Source: an uncultured Nitrososphaeraceae archaeon
GTDB lineage: Archaea; Thermoproteota; Nitrososphaeria; Nitrososphaerales; Nitrososphaeraceae
NCBI GenBank assembly: GCA_963825865.1
Contig: CAWGVG010000003.1
Location: forward strand, 64,001 to 128,000
DNA length: 64,000 nucleotides
Reading direction: 5' to 3'
Shown here: piece after piece, positions 12,711 to 24,795 of the stretch
Numbering within the stretch: position 1 is the stretch's first letter
Layout of the letters: each line of letters begins with the position of its first letter
Program-made: the position numbers and the translations under genes
The notes under the pieces: model-generated
The model's input: the letters and a program-made list of their open reading frames with translations, nothing else
The model's database searches: none
Told to the model about the DNA's origin: nothing

Positions 12711-12974
12711 TTATTTCTTTCCTATTGTAGCAATCATTTCATTAATCTTATAATAGGTGTTTAAGAAATGCCTTCCCTTCTCTGTTGTTATAAAGGAAGT
12801 TCGTTCACTTCCTTGATACTTTATCAACTCCTTTTCCTGTAGAATTGATAGATATTCTTTCAACTGCATATATGATAGAAATGCTTCATACATGATTTTT
12901 GTTTTTCTAGCTTCGCCTTTACTAGTAACTTCTAGAATCGATGCAATCAGATCGGTTCTGCTTCTATTTTTCAT
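12711..12974 (-). CDS. Winged-helix transcriptional regulator (archaeal HTH_45/ArnR1-like)
   Basis: RSRTDLIASIL..KTKIMY.A.LSY.QLKEYL..TTEKG; paralogue of 25185-25460. Confidence 0.88.
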   Translation of the reverse strand: MKNRSRTDLIASILEVTSKGEARKTKIMYEAFLSYMQLKEYLSILQEKELIKYQGSERTSFITTEKGRHFLNTYYKINEMIATIGKK

Positions 12975-13768
12975 AACGGTGTATCTCTGTGATGGTAGAG
13001 ATATGCAATAATAAAAACCGACTGGATACTTACGATAGCAGATTGTTTTACTATATTCTTTTTATGCCGTTTTAACAGTCTAGGAAATGACTTTTAAGTT
13101 TAGTATACAAGAGATAAGGCCTTGGGGGAGAGTTTAAAGGGGTTACGTGTAATCAACAAAATCAACAGCAATACGAAATAATGTCATACGAAAGGTAGGA
13201 TATGTATACATATACACGTGCAATTTTTTTGGCTAAATTTCTTTCCTAACCCGTTTCCGTTATCAATATTAGTTATTCTATATATGAAGAGTGTAAATCA
13301 ATTAACAATACAAGACACAAGACTTGAATATGATATTTCCGTGACTGTAAAGGCCGAGTAGTGGTAAAAATAGTCAAGATAGATATAGAAAATTAGAATT
13401 CTATATCGTAAATAGGAGTTTGGATTACCTTTACAAGTGACTTTTATTCGAATTGCCGTTTTTCTTGATTATATTGCATGATTGGTATAAATAAATAATA
13501 AATTATTATAAAATATATTATTATAAATTATTATTATAAAACCAATTTGACTCAAATTCGTTGGTTTGGATCTTATCACGCAACAGAAATATAAATCCGT
13601 TATAGTATAAAACTCCTTTGATTTTAAACATGAACCAATGGTTTTAATTTTGTTATTTTCTGAAGTCCGTCTTGATTTGATATCGCTTGATTTATCTTTT
13701 ATACGTTCAGATATAATATTATCATGTAGGATATATTTTCATTCTGTCTTTCAAATGAAAGGCCTAAT

Positions 13769-13987
13769 TTATTTCTTCTTTTGCTTGTTATTTCTCAACG
13801 GCTTTAACTTGCTATTGTTTGCTTTAGTTATTATTATTTTATTATGTGTTTTTTTATCTATTTCCAACTGAAGAGTATCGCCTTGTTTGAATGGGAATAA
13901 TCCATCATTTACAAGTTGACTTGCAAAATAAACAAAGAACCTTTGCTTACCACTTGAGTACAATTTTGAGAGCACTGTAGTTACCAT
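13769..13987 (-). CDS. Small AbrB-like DNA-binding protein
   Basis: FPFKQGDTLQLEID..KIIITK swapped-hairpin-like pattern. Confidence 0.5.
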   Translation of the reverse strand: MVTTVLSKLYSSGKQRFFVYFASQLVNDGLFPFKQGDTLQLEIDKKTHNKIIITKANNSKLKPLRNNKQKKK

Positions 13988-14754
13988 TTTGTTGATCCTC
14001 TGCTAATACTGTTGTTAAAACCTGGCTTTATAATACTTAGTTAACTATGTTCCTGGTTCTAGGATAGACACTAGTAATAGATAGAACTAGTAAGGCCTTA
14101 ATCATCCATCATTAAGCAGATTGGCCATAGACCTGCTCACTCAATAATCAATAAATGCAACATAAAGATCTCAGTAGAGAACACATGAATTATTAATTTC
14201 TTCACCTAAAAGTTTCATTTGTTCTAATATTTTTCTTATCTACAAAAGAAAATATGATAACAAGGTTAGTAGACTATTGCTTGCAATCATCACAGTTGTG
14301 ATCCTTGTATCATCAGCTACTGTTGCAAAACCTGCGTTAGTTAGTAACTCAGTTTCAAAATCAAATACCCGGGACGTTAGTAAGTTCCTAAAATGTATTG
14401 CAGGTATAGGAGAAAATGACATATCAAAAGTAAAGCTAAAAAGTGCGTTGATAATTGCTTAGGTCTGCAACAACAATAGCGGTAGGAACAACAAGAATGA
14501 TTTAGTGCTACAATAGCCTGAAGAGATAACATATTTCTACGTGTTTTTATATTTTGCTACTATTCTAAATGAGGTTTCTAAAGATGGAATCAGTCTTAAT
14601 TCAATAGCAGCAGATCAAATTTTAAAAGAAGAGAGAATATTCAGATTGCCGAAAAGATCATGCTGTCTATGTTAAATTCCTTTTTTGTGTGTTGTGCATA
14701 AAGGAAAAATGAATCTAATCAAGTTGGTCAAAAAAAAGAAGTAATGGTAGTATA

Positions 14755-15241
14755 TTATTTAGTGACTACTTCGATTGTTCCTTTCATTGTATAGGGATGA
14801 TAGGCACAATGATATGTGAATGTCCCTACCATGTTTGGATTAAAAGATAGCTGGCCTGAACCATTCGGAGCTATATCATCAGTTGATGGAAGTGACATCT
14901 GCTCCTGTATCTAGGATTAATTCATGTTTTGTATCGGTAGGGTTTTGAATCTTTATGACGTTATTGGTATTTGTAAAAGCCTTTAACGTTGGGTTGTCTG
15001 CGCCATTACTACCATTTATCCATCTGTAAACACCAGATGTTACTTCCTTTACAGATAATTGAATTGCGTTGTTTATAGTTTTGCTTGGAGAAGTAGTAGT
15101 ATTAGTAGTAGTGGTAATAGCATTCTCCTTTCCTTCTGCAGCTGCTGGTACCAATTGTATATGGGATATCATGCCAAACAGCAATGCTGATATGAGTACC
15201 GATGTCAGTACAACAACATATTGACGAGCCATTTTCTTCAT
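14755..15241 (-). CDS. Secreted cupredoxin (blue copper) domain protein, frameshifted near 14885
   Basis: Signal peptide and TKHEL; the continuation in another frame reads GTFTYHCAYHPYTMKGTIEV, the type-1 copper Cys/His/Met ligands. Confidence 0.85.
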
Positions 15242-15769
15242 TGTACTTCTATATAACTAAGTTATAAATTTAAATATATATTATTATTTTTATAAATATA
15301 TTACTGCTTTCTGACTAAAATTCTCGATGAATATTTTATTGTATCAAGACAAGAATAAAATAAAACTAAGCATATAGTTACCTCAGTAAAAGAAAGACTG
15401 CATTTCCTTCTTGTATACATAATTTAAAATTGGATTTCTCCTAAAGAGATGTTTTACAGACTAAAAGAAATACAAGTATTATTGTATGTATTGACAGGAT
15501 TCTTTACTCTCGGATTTTTGTTATTACTTATATCATATCCTATTTCTGGGAGGTATTTCAAGGTTAATTTATATACTAATTCATCATCTTATTCCAGGTT
15601 TGGAAGAATAATATCAAATCAGCCAGTATCAGCAGGATGGCAACGTAATTCAGTGTGTGAAAGATATTATTAATCGGATTGTAGATAGTTGGTGAAGTCC
15701 TTCGACTATTGCGAAGTAGAAAAAAGAACTTTTTGTTTTTCTTAAAGGCATGTTTATTCCACTCGTTTG

Positions 15770-16926
15770 CTATTTACCAATGGCAACAAATTCGGCTATG
15801 CTAGGTTGTTCTGATACACTGCTAGTAAGTTCTGCACTGCTAGTAAGTCCAGAAACCAAGTTTCCCAGGTTTGTGAGTCTGAGATATCTCGTTGTATATG
15901 GCATTTCTGGGAATACGAACAAAGATCCACCGGTTTTTATTGGACTACTTTGAGCGGTTCCTAGATCGTTAAAGTGTACTCCATCTGAAGATGCCTGTAT
16001 TGTGAAAAAGTTCACATTATTCTCTGCATTGTTAAATGCAAGACCGATATTACACACTACTTTATTTGTCCCGAGGTCTAACTGAAGCCAGGGATTTTCG
16101 TTAATTGAAGTTGCTTCTTTGTGAGGTAACCCCTGTATAAAGGACATCACATCAATTCCTTTTACTGACCACATCGTGTTCATTCTATTGTCTAAAACAC
16201 TTCCTGGTACGTTTAGTTTATTAACAGGTACCTAGATGAGACTCCATCTATGCGAAGCCTAACTTGTTTATCGCAACCTTGACTAACATCAGTTGATTGC
16301 CCAATATTGCTAATGTTATCTTCTTTTGTTGTCGCAAACTGTCTTTGTTTACCGGCTGATAGTTGATTATCTATGTTTGTACCTTTGACATTAACTAAAA
16401 GAGTATAGGTAGTGTACTCATTGTCTGGAAAAAATGCATGTACCTCTAAGTTTAATGTTCCTTTTATTCCTTCAACTTTAAATGAATTTAAGCTTACCTT
16501 CTTGAGTAAATTTAGTGTAGGTACGTCTCCATCATAATCAGACATGTATGCATCCACTCGTATTGGTTGTTTGCTAAACTGAAAACTTACTAAATCACCA
16601 TTTTTTAATTCCACATTAGTGTTACTGCTCACTTCATCGCCTGGAAGGCCTGGAAATGAGATTTTATTTAATTGCCCACCATTTATAAAAACAAAAGGAG
16701 ACATATCATAGCGATTATTATTATAGATTAATTTAACTTGGGGTATATCTGAATGAGTTGAGGGAGTTGCTTGATCTACTCTTTGAGCCAAAGCTGAAAT
16801 AGCCATATGACCAAATAAAAGTAAGGTAACTAGCGATGACACAAAAATAATGAACATATATTGTTTATTCAAGATCGCATGATCTGCGATCCCTTTTGTG
16901 ACACTTGTTTTTATCATTGTAACCAC
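15770..16926 (-). CDS. Secreted protein with C-terminal discoidin (F5/8 type C) domain, frameshifted near 16210
   Basis: Signal/TM segment; PWLQLDLG, FTIQASSDG and TRYLRL motifs. Confidence 0.72.
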
Positions 16927-17657
16927 CTTTATGTCTTTAAATAAATGCTCTAGTATTTACGCAATATTCAATAAACTAACAAAATAATATTACTATAAAC
17001 TAATGAAACAGATTGGTTGGTTAGAGTAATATTACATATCAACTCGGTACTTTATGTTCACAACCGTTGCAATCATGTTAAAGAATTGGAACAGTGAACC
17101 TTGCAAAGATTTAGGTCGAATATTATTTATATTTATATGGAGAAAGAATTAGGATATAAAATTTCATTTGTGTATGTGCATTTTATGATGGCAAGTGGAT
17201 ACAACATTTAAGTAAACATTTTGTCTTCATTGACTATATATATATAATCTATATATTTATAATAACTAGCTATGACTAGTATTGGTCCCAATTAAAATAA
17301 AATTAAATTTAGATAACTTCCCTATAACTCATAAAGTGCAGAAGAGTTTGTCTTAATAGCAAAATTAAGCTCGGCAGCAGCTGATGCTGATGCTGATACC
17401 ATTGCTTCATAATGATTTCTATCATCCTTGGCTCTAGTTATTTCACCTAAAAGATCTTCCCTAATATTCCATAGAACATCTTCTGAAATTCTATAATAAA
17501 CTCTACGTATTTCTTCGAGATATATATTTTATCAATAATTAACTTGTCGATGATCCGAGCAAAGCCAATAAAAATTTTTTATCTTTACACTAGTATATGG
17601 TCAATATTCAGTAATTTATCGAAAACTTTAATAATAATAATATAAAAATATATATAC

Positions 17658-18254
17658 GTGAATTCTAAAGTAATATCAACAACACTATTACTGACGGTTT
17701 CTTCAATGATACTGTTTGCTCCTACTGTTTTTGCAAATATTTCATACGCACAATTACTACAGCCAACAAGACCATCACAATCAAGTCCACAAACACCGTC
17801 ACCAGCAGTGCCATCCTCATCATCATCAACAACAACAACAACAACAACATTACCTGATGAGGCTATAACAATAACATCACCCCAAGACGGTCAAAAAATA
17901 CCCATTGGACAAGATCTTGAAGTAACAGGTACGTCCATAGCCAACGCTGTTTCTGATTGCAAAATCACTGTTAATTTAAATCGTATAAAACCATATCAAC
18001 CAGCAGTGGCAGATGGACCTGGTGGAGCCAATGATTACTCACAGTGGAGTTTTACAATCACTTCCCAATATGCTCCAATTCAAGAAGGACAAAACAGGGT
18101 AGCTGCAAAAATCGGTTGTGGCAGTGACCCTAACTCAAACTCTACAAAACAATTTGCCCATGTAAATGTCACAGGGGTAGCAGGCGGAACTAGTGGAAAT
18201 ATTGGAAATACCGCGCCCGAGTCGAATTTTGGGATTCCAGGAATACCATCGTAA
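17658..18254 (+). CDS. Secreted Ser/Thr/Pro-rich protein with Ig-like domain
   Basis: Signal peptide, S/T linker, ITITSP.DGQ, GPGG.NDYS.W and EGQNRVAAKIGC. Confidence 0.75.
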   Translation: MNSKVISTTLLLTVSSMILFAPTVFANISYAQLLQPTRPSQSSPQTPSPAVPSSSSSTTTTTTTLPDEAITITSPQDGQKIPIGQDLEVTGTSIANAVSDCKITVNLNRIKPYQPAVADGPGGANDYSQWSFTITSQYAPIQEGQNRVAAKIGCGSDPNSNSTKQFAHVNVTGVAGGTSGNIGNTAPESNFGIPGIPS

Positions 18255-18322
18255 TATGAGTATATAATATCTAGAGGTAGACTACTGCTATGATTGCTAT
18301 GATTGCATAGTCGCAGTAGATA

Positions 18323-18919
18323 TTATTTATGCTTTATGCATAAACAATCGTACAATTGTTTAAGAATTCTGGCAGTAGCTCCCCATATTACTTCATTTTC
18401 ACATGTAAATTTGTATACCTCCTTAACTGATAGAGCATAATGGTCAATATCTGGAGCCATAGTTTCTAACACATCCATAAGGGGTACATCAATGACCTTT
18501 TCTATTTCATCGACATATATTTTTGGCACAGAGATCCGGTCTTGCAAAGTAACAAATGGCATTATAATAAACTTTGAAGTCAAAGTCCTAACCCTTGCAA
18601 GCCTTCCGATGATATCTCCTCGCATGATATCAATTCCTATTTCCTCTTTTGTTTCTCGAATCGCGGTTTCAATCAAGGATTTATCTTCTTTGACATATTT
18701 TCCGCCAGGAAAGGATATCTCGCTAGCATGACATCTTAAGTTCGAGCTTTTCTTAGTTAAAATTATATGCGGAATTATTTGATTATAATGAATTATTACC
18801 AGTACGGATGCTGCACGAAAAATAGAAAAATCTGAAGAAAATATCGTTGGCTGAATCAATAAAGGTGCAAGGCGTAATAACATATCTTTCTTACTTAACA
18901 TTTTATATTGTACAATCAT
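18323..18919 (-). CDS. Nudix hydrolase, CoA pyrophosphatase type
   Basis: ISFPGG...AIRETKEEIG Nudix box; C-terminal IWGATARIL. Confidence 0.9.
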   Translation of the reverse strand: MIVQYKMLSKKDMLLRLAPLLIQPTIFSSDFSIFRAASVLVIIHYNQIIPHIILTKKSSNLRCHASEISFPGGKYVKEDKSLIETAIRETKEEIGIDIMRGDIIGRLARVRTLTSKFIIMPFVTLQDRISVPKIYVDEIEKVIDVPLMDVLETMAPDIDHYALSVKEVYKFTCENEVIWGATARILKQLYDCLCIKHK

Positions 18920-19185
18920 TATATTGATTAAAGTTTATGCGTTTTAAGTTGAAGTGTATGAATTATTGATTGATATTCCTAATACCATACCATCGAATAG
19001 AAATATAGTTTCATCATTACAATATGGGGGAAACGTTAAAACTATTGAAATCCAAAAATATATCATCATTGGTTTGATTTCTTTGCAACAGAATCTCCAG
19101 AAGTGGAGGATCTATTAATCACCACTATCAATAAACCTCGGGTTTAATAAGGTCAAAAACGAATCAGAATGTCACAGCCATAATA

Positions 19186-19950
19186 ATGAAAATATCTTTC
19201 GAATTAAATCCCCCTAAAATTGCAAAAGGAAATTATTTTGACCTTTTATGTCTAATTCAAGAAATGGAAAATCTGGTGAAGCGAGCTTCTTTATTAACTG
19301 AACTTGTTGACGGAATCCATCTAACAGATTCTGTTCTTGGAATTCCTCGTATCTCTAGTGTTACCGCAGCCAGCCATGTAAAAAAATCAGGTAATACATT
19401 AAATCTCAGCTGTAGCATTAGGGTAAGAGATAGAAATTTTACGTCGATTTGTCAGATCGTTGGAGATGCAATTCTTGTTGGAATAGATAGTTTGCTGATT
19501 TTAATAGGAGATGAGCCGTCAGACGGTCCAAAAAAAGATTTAGGATTGAAACCCAGCAATGTTTTGAATATGTTAAAAAATAAAAATTACGATAAAGTAA
19601 TTGATTTGAATTTGTCAGCCCCTAATAAAATTAAAAACAAGTCCTCAATTCAGAAAAAAATAGATGCACGACCCTATGCTTTTGTAACACAATCTATTGT
19701 CTCTTTGTCTGATCTGGGCGAAATTGTAGATATTGCAAAACCCTATGAAATCAAAGTGGTAGCATGTATCATGGCACCTTCCGAAAAAAATAAGTCGTCA
19801 GCAGATATCATAGGACTAGAATGGAAGGAATATGAAAATAACCCTATTGACTTTATAAAACAGGCAGGTAAAGTAGCAAACGAAATACTTCTTACTTCAC
19901 CAAATAGTTTTAGAACAGGACTAGAATTGCTCAGAGAGATCAGAAAATGA
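19186..19950 (+). CDS. Methylenetetrahydrofolate reductase-like protein
   Basis: SFELNPPK, HLTDS, IRVRDRN, LIGD and FVTQ, typical of the MetF fold. Confidence 0.75.
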   Translation: MKISFELNPPKIAKGNYFDLLCLIQEMENLVKRASLLTELVDGIHLTDSVLGIPRISSVTAASHVKKSGNTLNLSCSIRVRDRNFTSICQIVGDAILVGIDSLLILIGDEPSDGPKKDLGLKPSNVLNMLKNKNYDKVIDLNLSAPNKIKNKSSIQKKIDARPYAFVTQSIVSLSDLGEIVDIAKPYEIKVVACIMAPSEKNKSSADIIGLEWKEYENNPIDFIKQAGKVANEILLTSPNSFRTGLELLREIRK

Positions 19951-19961
19951 CTAAGACGAAA

Positions 19962-20753
19962 TTAAACTCTTTCTTCCGTTTTTCGAGCAGAGATTATTTC
20001 GGTTTTAAGTTCATCCAAAACCTTTCTCTGATATTCATGCAAATTGCTATCTTCACTCAGTCTTGGTCTTCTGTAATCAACTTCGATTTCTTTTTTAACT
20101 TTACCCGGTCTACTTGTAAATACTACGATTTTGTCTCCAAGACATACCGATTCTATTATATTATGGGTAACGAAGACAATAGTCTTTCTGGTTCTAGCCC
20201 AAATTAGCTGTAATTCTACTACAAGCAAATCCCTCGTTTGAGAATCCAATGCAGCGAAAGGCTCATCCATCAATAATACTTCTGGGTCCATTACAAGAGC
20301 TCTAGCAATTGCAACTCTCTGCTTCATTCCTCCTGATAATTGGTACGTAAAGGCTTGGGCAAATTTTGTCAATTCCATCATGTCAAGGTAATGCATAGCT
20401 ATTTCGCGCCTTTTTCTTCCTTCTATCCCAACCATTTTCAAACCAAATTCTACATTATCAATAACTTTGAGCCAGGGAAATAACGCATTTTCTTGAAATA
20501 CCATAATTCTATCAGGTCCTGTTTCTTTTACGGGTTGACCATTTAGAATTACCTCGCCTTCTGTAGGCTTATCTAATCCTGCCAAGATGTTAAGCAGTGT
20601 AGATTTTCCACATCCAGAAGGTCCAACGAGACATACGAACTCACCTTCTTCAATCGAAAGATTTACATTTTCAATTGCTGTAATAAGATTTGTACCAGCC
20701 ATCACTGTTGCTTTAAACCGTTTTGTAACATTTTTAACTTCAAGTTTGGTCAA
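19962..20753 (-). CDS. ABC transporter ATP-binding protein (NrtD/SsuB/TauB type)
   Basis: Walker A GPSGCGKST, signature LSGGMKQR, DEPFAALD and VTH. Confidence 0.93.
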   Translation of the reverse strand: MTKLEVKNVTKRFKATVMAGTNLITAIENVNLSIEEGEFVCLVGPSGCGKSTLLNILAGLDKPTEGEVILNGQPVKETGPDRIMVFQENALFPWLKVIDNVEFGLKMVGIEGRKRREIAMHYLDMMELTKFAQAFTYQLSGGMKQRVAIARALVMDPEVLLMDEPFAALDSQTRDLLVVELQLIWARTRKTIVFVTHNIIESVCLGDKIVVFTSRPGKVKKEIEVDYRRPRLSEDSNLHEYQRKVLDELKTEIISARKTEERV

Positions 20754-20976
20754 TTGGTTAGACTCCTAAAGATATTGTTCAGATATAGCATGTAGAATTT
20801 ATCCTTATAGTAAATCTCTTTTGGTCTTTCTGTGGGTTTGTATCCTTGTTCCTTGTGACAATTCGAATCCAACAATAAAATAAATATAATAATAATAATA
20901 ATAAATAATTACTTACTGTTATTAGAGCATCGAAGATACAATCCAGTCCATTTTTATTATTTACATAGAAACTATT

Positions 20977-21276
20977 CTAATGAATGCAATTTGATATTTC
21001 GCCGTAGGATCCAAAAGTTTGCTTCGCTTCTGGAATGTGCTTTTCGATAGCTTTGAAGGCAGAATCTACGAACACTTTTGCAGGTTCTTGCTTTTTGATT
21101 AATTTAAAAAGTTTCTTTGTAGGTGACTTTAATCTTTCAAAATAAATAACTGAACTCTCCTCGATGATCATGTCGGCATCAGAACATGCGACACCATATT
21201 TAAGGAGATTAGCCTCTAACTTGGCTGCAAACCGAGCAAAATGCACTGAGTATGTGTCATCATCATATTGAGTCAT
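20977..21276 (-). CDS. Hypothetical protein
   Basis: Intact 99-aa ORF with protein-like composition. Confidence 0.6.
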   Translation of the reverse strand: MTQYDDDTYSVHFARFAAKLEANLLKYGVACSDADMIIEESSVIYFERLKSPTKKLFKLIKKQEPAKVFVDSAFKAIEKHIPEAKQTFGSYGEISNCIH

Positions 21277-21618
21277 TATTACTAACCATCACTCAAACGA
21301 TATCTAAGATATAGGGTTACCTACTTTTTAATTTTGTAGGGAATTGTAACCTCATTCGTGAGTCACATTCTCAAATAATTTCATAACATTTCATTGACAC
21401 CTAAGCACAGCAATCCTTCCCGCCGGTACGCCCAAAAGTATGCACATAATTATATATCCTCACTCCTTTGACATATAGAATTCTTATTAGCAGTATGTAA
21501 CTATAGCAAAGGTCACTATGAATTCAATTGAAAAGCAATTTTTCGTAATTAAATGTCAAGAGATCCACTTAAAAGGATTTGTAGCTGAATGTTTCATAAA
21601 AATACTAAATACTAATAA

Positions 21619-21880
21619 TTATTTTTTATAATAATACCTGGTACCAAATCTAATTATGAATACTCCTATGGCAATTGCAAGAAGAGCAATTACTAAAAAG
21701 GTTGGTTTAATTATAAATTTTAGAGGCTCAGGGGCTGTTGAAGAAAATTCGCATTTTTCTCCAGTTCTTTGACATTCCTTTAGAACAGGAAACAGAAGCA
21801 AAACCATCGCGAATATGATTAATAGTCCAATTCCTATCGATGAAAAAATAGCCCCTGACTTGACTAGTATCTGTGGCTCC
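21619..21880 (-). CDS. Small two-TM membrane protein
   Basis: 3' part of ORF 21619-22068 has two hydrophobic helices around a Cys pair; its 5' part overlaps the next gene and is probably not translated. Confidence 0.55.
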
Positions 21881-21925
21881 AATTTGAATATAAATGCGGT
21901 ATAGGGACTGATATTTGTTTTCGGA

Positions 21926-22537
21926 TCATAATGGCGTAAGTTGGCTAATATCCACAGTTGTAAAACGGTAGGGACACTCCTGGGATACCCTAGTAAATCG
22001 TTCATTATAGTATGCATAAGGCAAATTCTTGTAGACGTGACGATCCCACAACTCATGAACTGCGTCAAAATATTCCTTTCTCTTTTTTCCCTTCATTCTC
22101 AGAGCTTCATGTGATAACAAATGCGAAACATTCGCGCAATTTGTATCCGCAAAGAATTTGGTACGTTGGTTATCTGAAGTAAGGGTATTATTATCAGGCC
22201 TTTTCCAATAAACCATTCCGAAGTTCTCAGAAGAATATCCTTCCGTATTACAGTCTGTCCAGAATGGCTTGAAGTATGCTAAATAAAAATGGTAAATTGT
22301 ATTTCCTCTTTTATTATGGTCTCTAGCGAGATAACCTACGGACATCCTATCAAACAATTTCCCAGTAACTACGGGCAAAATGTCAGCATCTACACTAAAC
22401 TGTATATCAAAATAGTGTTTAATCCACCAATGATAAAATCTAGACATTGAATAAACATAATTCCAATCCTCTTTCTGTCTCTGTTGCCATTCTTCGTTTT
22501 TCGCAACATAAATGAAGAAAAGCTTCTTAGTTAGCAA
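21926..22537 (-). CDS. Conserved hypothetical protein with zincin-like HLLSHE motif
   Basis: 203-aa ORF with YFKPFWTDC, SHLLSHE and VHELW. Confidence 0.65.
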   Translation of the reverse strand: MLTKKLFFIYVAKNEEWQQRQKEDWNYVYSMSRFYHWWIKHYFDIQFSVDADILPVVTGKLFDRMSVGYLARDHNKRGNTIYHFYLAYFKPFWTDCNTEGYSSENFGMVYWKRPDNNTLTSDNQRTKFFADTNCANVSHLLSHEALRMKGKKRKEYFDAVHELWDRHVYKNLPYAYYNERFTRVSQECPYRFTTVDISQLTPL

Positions 22538-22779
22538 TCTACTAAAATTTTAACTGCAATATATATAATAAAAACCATCCATTAGGCTCATGTACTGTTG
22601 TAATACCAGATAATCATATATGATGATTCAATAAAGTTCCTATCATGTAACAGTTAAGCCTGCATATAGGCAAAAAAACAATCTTACATAGATCTAATTA
22701 AGTTCCAGAGTTATGACATATTCAGATATCATCGATAAGTTCTTAATTTGGCATCTATAAAATTCGAATGGTGTATTGA

Positions 22780-23181
22780 GTGGGATTCAGAAAAGTAGGA
22801 GCAATAATTCTGTTAACAACCAATATGAAAAAATCTATAAAATTTTATAAGGATACCCTTGGTCTACCTATTAAAACTAAATCTGCAGACTGGACCGAAT
22901 TCTTCAGCGATGGTACAAGTCTAGCTCTGCATCCAGCTAAGAAGAAGTATAAATTAAGAGCTGGACCAAACATGTTAATAGGTTTCATGGTCAACGACCT
23001 TGATGATTTAATTAAACAATTAAAGAGAAAGAAAGTAAAGTTTTTCAAGAAGTCGAAAGAGGAATCTTTCGGTAAACATGCTATTATTGTAGACCCTGAT
23101 GGTCACTTGATCTCAATAGTTCAGCTGAAGGCAAAACCTACAGAAGGCTTTGATCTCTTAGGACTAATTGGAACAGAGTAA
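22780..23181 (+). CDS. VOC/glyoxalase family protein
   Basis: SIKFYKDTLGL, FMVNDLD and FGK...DPDGH. Confidence 0.88.
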   Translation: MGFRKVGAIILLTTNMKKSIKFYKDTLGLPIKTKSADWTEFFSDGTSLALHPAKKKYKLRAGPNMLIGFMVNDLDDLIKQLKRKKVKFFKKSKEESFGKHAIIVDPDGHLISIVQLKAKPTEGFDLLGLIGTE

Positions 23182-23256
23182 TTTTTATTATATATTTATT
23201 TAGAGTCAGACGATTCACTCCGAACTATTTTTGCTTTAAGTGCTTATTTATCAAGC

Positions 23257-23895
23257 AATTGTTATATCGGCAAGATGGTGCTAGTCGCTCCAACTGTCGT
23301 ATGCAGAGGAGACGAGGGCACTCCAATATATGTTGGAGACTATTCAAATATTCAAGATGGTGTAATCTTGCACGGTCTTGAGACAACAGAAAATGGTAAG
23401 AACATTGACTGGAGTAGATATTCGGCATCTGGTGAGAAGTTAATGGCAAACAGCTCAGAATTCAGTAAAGGATTCTCTGTGTTTGTTGGTTCTAATACAA
23501 GCCTTGCTCATGATTCAATGGTTCATAGTTCAGCTTGGATTGGAAATAATAATACCTTTTTTGGAATGAAAGCATTGTTTTTAATGCAAAGGATGGTAAT
23601 AATGTAGCCATTGGAATCTCAAGTACTATAGCAAATGGAGTTTCCATTCATGACAACAAGTTTGTACAACCCGGAAATGTAATAACCACTCAAACACAAG
23701 CAGATGCACTACCCTCAAGACAAGGAAGCCCTTATGAAAAGACAAACAAAGCAGTACTTCACGTTAATGAACAATTAGTCTGAAGGATATAGCAAATTAG
23801 ACCTTGGAAAAATAGCCCAAGAAAGACAAAAACAAATGGAAAGAGGAATGCTTGAAATTGGTAGTGGTGGTGGTGGCAGTAGTAGGACCAGATAG
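23257..23895 (+). pseudogene. Gamma-class carbonic anhydrase (Cam-like), 5'-truncated and frameshifted
   Basis: RGDEGTPIYVGDYSNIQDGVILHGLET and AHDSMVH (Cam zinc histidines); the C-terminal VITTQTQADALP...VLHVNEQL lies in another frame; N-terminus absent. Confidence 0.78.
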
Positions 23896-24124
23896 AGAAG
23901 AATGATATATGACGCATATACTCTGCTTTAAGCGATTACTACCGAGAGCATGTAGCATAAGGGTCTATAACGGTCCCTCGTCAAGTGGCGATCTTCATGT
24001 CAATATATTTTAATATATAGAATTTGTATTAAATATTATAAATTATTAAGGTTTTTTAATTATAAATTCAGTTTGACGACATCATAGGAATAATAAGAGA
24101 TAAAAGTAAAAATATTACATTCGC

Positions 24125-24795
24125 GTGTATGTATATATGAGACGGTCAAAGAATCATAATCATATCTTTATCTTTGGTCTAGCACAAGAATGGAAACTTC
24201 GGTTTAGAGTGATAGCTTTTGGATTGATAGCTGGACTGGTATCATCTATCGGAATAAGCGCATTAATTGTGATGGTAGAAAAAGTAACAGCCATTCCTGC
24301 AGGCGCTTTCTATCTTGTACTTATATCATCTATTACTGAATCCCATTTATATTCAATTTATATGATTATGGCTGGATTGCTATTACATTTTGTAGCAGGG
24401 AGCTTTATCGGTCTTGTTATGGCAATACCTTTTGCTATGTATATTAATAACAATAAAACAGATACTAGTAGAACTATAAGTAAATATGCGCCAATTTATG
24501 GCCTGTGTTTTGGCTTTGCCGTCTGGCTATTTTTATTTGTTCCTATAACCTATTCCACGGTGCTTCCAACACTTAATAATATTAAAGAAGGCCAGGTGAT
24601 AACTAGCAAGATCCAACAGGAAGGATTGTATATTTTGTAATAGGTGATATATTATCTATGCAAAACAATATCATAGTTGGCGCTTTAGCTCTTAACATGT
24701 TTTATGGTCTTGTTGCAGCAATAATAATAAATTCACTTTACACCAATTACTTGTACAAGAAAAGCCGATTCAAAGATACTGTCGGGCAAAGTTGA
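24125..24795 (+). CDS. Multi-pass membrane protein, frameshifted near 24620
   Basis: Several TM helices including LLHFVAGSFIGL; hydrophobic continuation FNMFYGLVAA downstream. Confidence 0.6.

Noticed and set aside
13486-13541. Pure A/T stretch as a DNA-unwinding element
   Set aside because: No ORB motifs or cdc6 nearby, and the genome is AT-rich with similar intergenic runs elsewhere.
17815-17850. (tca)n/(aca)n microsatellite
   Set aside because: Encodes an ordinary Ser/Thr linker of a secreted protein.
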